Part shown: piece after piece, positions 60,540-64,000 of the stretch
How the letters are laid out: every line of letters starts with the position of its first letter
Numbering within the stretch: position 1 is the stretch's first letter
Assembly: GCA_013265495.1 (NCBI GenBank)
Contig: MU058844.1
Coordinates: 3,725,895 to 3,789,894, forward strand
DNA from: Vicugna vicugna
Taxonomy: Eukaryota
Reading direction: 5' to 3'
Length of the DNA: 64,000 bases
Notes under the pieces: model-generated
What the model was told of the DNA's origin: nothing
What the model saw: the letters and a program-made list of their open reading frames with translations, nothing else
Database searches by the model: none
Made by a program: the position numbers and the translations under genes

Positions 60540-63500
60540 CTGGCAGTAGGAAAGTCCGGCTCGGGGTGTTCGAATAACGCCTGGAAATCTCTCAGTTCTG
60601 TTTGGACTTTTTTCTTAAAGAGCCTCTTCTCTCAGTTTAGCTTTCTTTTTAAGCTCAGTGGAAAGAGCTCCTATTTCTCAGTTTCTATCAAGTCCTGGGC
60701 TGATGCTCGATGTCTCTGATTCACCCTGTGGAACAGAGTATTCTCACTGGGCAGCTTGGTGTCCCTCCTCTCCTCCTGAAATCAGGGTATCTGGCCAGCC
60801 CCATTCTCACTGCAGACATGAGAATACACCAGGGTGGTTCCTCTAGGGAAAGTAAAGGTATTGGTACTAAAAAAGCAAGCCATGCCTGAAAGTAAAAGAC
60901 TGCGAAAAGATAGAAACTCAGGGAAATATCTGCCATAGAACATGGTTGTATCAATGCGAAAGAGCTGCATGCACAGAGTGATTACTAGGTGGCAATGTGG
61001 AAACACATGGTATCTGTCTTTATTGCTGCTTCTGATACCTAACTATGTTGGCCTTGAGCAACTTGCTTAAGCTCTCTGGAATTAAATGATCTGATTAACA
61101 AGGGAAAGTGTTAGCCTAGATTCATTCTTTCATCCAGAAAGCAATTATCAAATATTTAACCATATGCCACACCCTGGGATGAACAGAAAGCCCTTAGGGA
61201 GCTTGCCATCTAATGAGCTGGACAAGTAGAGTTACACAGCATATATATTGGGTGCAGTAGTACAGGGAAGATAAAAGTTCCTATCTGGGGCAAAGGTTGG
61301 TAGGGGGAGAGATTCGTAGGGAAGGACATCTTAAGAATTTTTAAAGGACAAGTAGTATTTTATTGGCAGATAGGTTGACAGAGCTCTTTTGGTGGCCAAG
61401 GACTGCAGATACAAAGGGGCAGAGCAGTGGAGGAATATGCTGCATCTGAGGCAGACTTCAAGGGTTCAGGGCACTTGTAGACAACAAAGACAAGTTCTCT
61501 GCTGAGGATCTGAGCACAAAGGGTATTTTTATGTCATGCTAAAGAATATGCCTTCATCTTACAGGGTTGGCGGAGGGGATGGTGAGTACAATAGGATGAT
61601 TTGGAGCCAAGGAGGCTCAAGACTGGTATTTAAGAAACAGGCTGTCAACAAGGGAGAGGGAAGTGAGAGCAGAGCAGGCGATCGGCTGAGAAATATTTCT
61701 AGCATCCAGGTGACAGGGGTTGCGTGCTTGGACTTGGGACATGGTGCTCTGGCTGGAGTTAAGGGATATTTAGAGGGTGACTTGTCAGGCTGTACTGATT
61801 CGTTGATTGTGGAGAGAAAATGCCAAATCCCAGACTCACAACCAGGAGGAAGAGGGAGGGCTGCTAACATCCAGAGTTGAAAAAACCAGAGGAGGAGTAG
61901 GTTGGGAAGAGGCAGTGGGGGGTGTTGAAGTAAAATCACTTTTGGGAGGCTCCAGTAGAGAAATCCTTGAGGGCCAAAGCTTCTGTTTAGCTCTGGGAGT
62001 CCTGGATTTTATGTCAGTTTCAGTTCAGTCACACAGCTAGCGAGCTTTTCTTATCTACCCGTGAAGATGTAAGAATAAGTATCTTGTACTTACAAGGACT
62101 GGAGAAGTGCTTGGCAGATATCATCAGCATGTCTGTTGTAATATGCTGTTTTCAACACTTAGTGGGAAAGCACTAGCTGCATTTTATGATTTATACATCA
62201 AAGGAACTAAAACAGCATGTGTAGTCCTAATTTCCCTAATTTTCTATCACAAAGGAAAATCATGAAGTCAGAAAGAAAAAATCTTTTTGATGATTATTCA
62301 CAAAATGCTGAAATGACAGTCTATGTGAAGAATGACTTTTGGTAAAGAAATAAACTTTTTTCTTCAAAATTGCTGTAATATATTATTACCATTCTTCATT
62401 ATAGGAACGCAGAAGATACTCCAAAATAACCAGATCTTTACACTACAATAAAAACACAATCTATAGTCCCATTTCCAGGTAAATAAAGTCACTTTTTTAA
62501 AAAAAGTGTCTTCTATTTCTATAATGTTGCATGTATGTAGAGTGAGTAGGTTTGTGCTGAGCCAAAATTCCTTCTTGAGTTATGTCAAACATTACTTTAT
62601 TTTTAAATGATTGTGAAAATGAATTTGCCCAGCATTTTGGGGGCTCTCTGTTTAATTTCAACTGATTTGATGAGACACGTACAAAGGAAACAGATTTGAA
62701 CATGATCACAGTATTTGCTGGGAAAGTTCATTGAGGTTAGGGTTCATCTTTTTTTTGTGTCTCCAATAAGTGGAAATCTAGAAGACTAAATCCAATCTTC
62801 ACATTCATACAAGTTTTCTTTTGGGGCTCAGGAAGGCAAAGGGACCTCTACAGATTATTAGCAATGGTATGAAGGAAACCTGTTCTCCCTTGACCCCTTC
62901 TTAAATTGGATGTATTAATTTGATTGGAGCTAAGATTCAGTGACTTTTGAGACTGAAAATCTGGATTCTGTTTGTATGAGGACACAAAGTGTTCATGAAA
63001 TTGATGTGATATACTGACACGTGCTTACATATGCACACATGCCAAGGGCTTCATTTAAATGCAGTGTTTCCATTCAGTATTTTTCACAATTTTGTCAGAT
63101 AGAGTGTCCTATTTACATTTTATAGATGAACAAACTGAGACTCAAGGAGGTTAAGTAACTTATTATAAGTCACTACTGTTATAAATCAAGTGGGTTTTTT
63201 TTTTATCTAAACCTTATGTTTTCCCCTCTTTAAAAATCTTGCAGGTTCTATACCTCGATGTACACAGCTTATATTCTAGGTGGAGGTAAAAATCAGAAGG
63301 AGCAATGAATTACAAATGAAAAGTGAGGAATTCTTGTCCTGGTGTCACTACTGATCACTTAACTCCTCTGCAGCAAGAGTTTTTACATCCATTAAATAAA
63401 GATCAAGGCATTGGCATCTGTTCTTTCTGCCGTAAATGGTTTGTATGAGGCATCAAGTTGGAGAAGTCAGAAGACCAGAATTGACATCCCAGCCCAACCA

Positions 63501-63734
63501 CTCGCTTACCAGTTCTGCAGCCTTGAGCAGGGCACTTTACAATTTAACAGTTCCCACACCTATTACATGAGAATACTGACCCACAGTCTGCCTATCTTAC
63601 ATGATAAAACACTATTAAAATGAAACATACAATTGTTAACACAATTTAAAAGCCATTTATACATGGGCTTTGTAAGTATACGCTGGGCAGAACTTGTACT
63701 GGAGAACAGAGCTTAAGTAAGAAATTTCTCCGTA

Positions 63735-64000
63735 TGTGTATTAGTGTCTATTGCTAGTATACCAAATTAATACAAATTTGGTGGCTCAAACAATAGAAAT
63801 TTATTATATTCTGACCTACATAGGTCAGAAGTCCAACACAGGTCTCACTGGGCTAAAATCAAGGCATCTCTGGGGCTATGATCTTTCCTGAAGCATCTAG
63901 AAGATCTATTTCTTTGCCTTTTCCAAACTCTAGAAGCCACCTGCATTCCTTGGCTCAAGATCTCTTTCCTCTGTCTTCAAAGCCAGCATCGTTGCTCCTC
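63735..64000 (-). mobile_element. MLT1D-like MaLR LTR, running off the window end
   Basis: 'tgtattagtgtctattgctagtataccaaattaatacaaatttggtggctcaaacaatagaaatttatt...ggtctcactgggctaaaatcaagg...ccttttccaaactctagaagccacctgcattccttggctc'. Confidence 0.88.

Noticed and set aside
60056..60540. Overlapping 105-132 aa ORFs on both strands
   Set aside because: They lie inside a GC-rich LTR, where stop codons are rare, and resemble no protein I recognise.
1..64000. CRISPR array, operon or other prokaryote-style novel system
   Set aside because: The DNA is mammalian and non-coding, with no long ORFs and no regularly spaced direct repeats.

Overview
A 64-kb stretch of AT-rich, non-coding mammalian (eutherian) genomic DNA, either intergenic or intronic. 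I can support no protein-coding exon. The short six-frame ORFs are chance ORFs or repeat-derived (an ERVL pol remnant near 9.9 kb, an L1 ORF2 C-terminus at 16.3 kb). The window is dense in old interspersed repeats (MIR, L2, L1M, MLT1/MLT2 LTRs, MER5/MER20/MER58/MER94 DNA transposons). It also has younger insertions: several 5'-truncated L1s with target-site duplications (TSDs) and an ERV1-type solo LTR. The L1 3' ends, plus the absence of recognisable Alu, B1/B2, BovA/BovB, CHR, PRE1 or SINEC elements, suggest a camelid-like laurasiatherian (inference). The most distinctive items are relics of L1-mediated RNA capture: a full-length U6 snRNA/L1 chimera (53896-54158), a tailless 5'-half tRNA-Gly retrocopy (51429-51466) and a twin-primed inverted L1 (13347-13482). 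There are also two perfect hairpins, several templated micro-duplications, a CpG-retaining end of an ancient LTR, and several repeat-free blocks that look like conserved enhancers. I found no evidence of a novel multi-gene system. Repeat family names come from memory of consensus sequences and need RepeatMasker/Dfam confirmation; boundaries are approximate unless a TSD is given.
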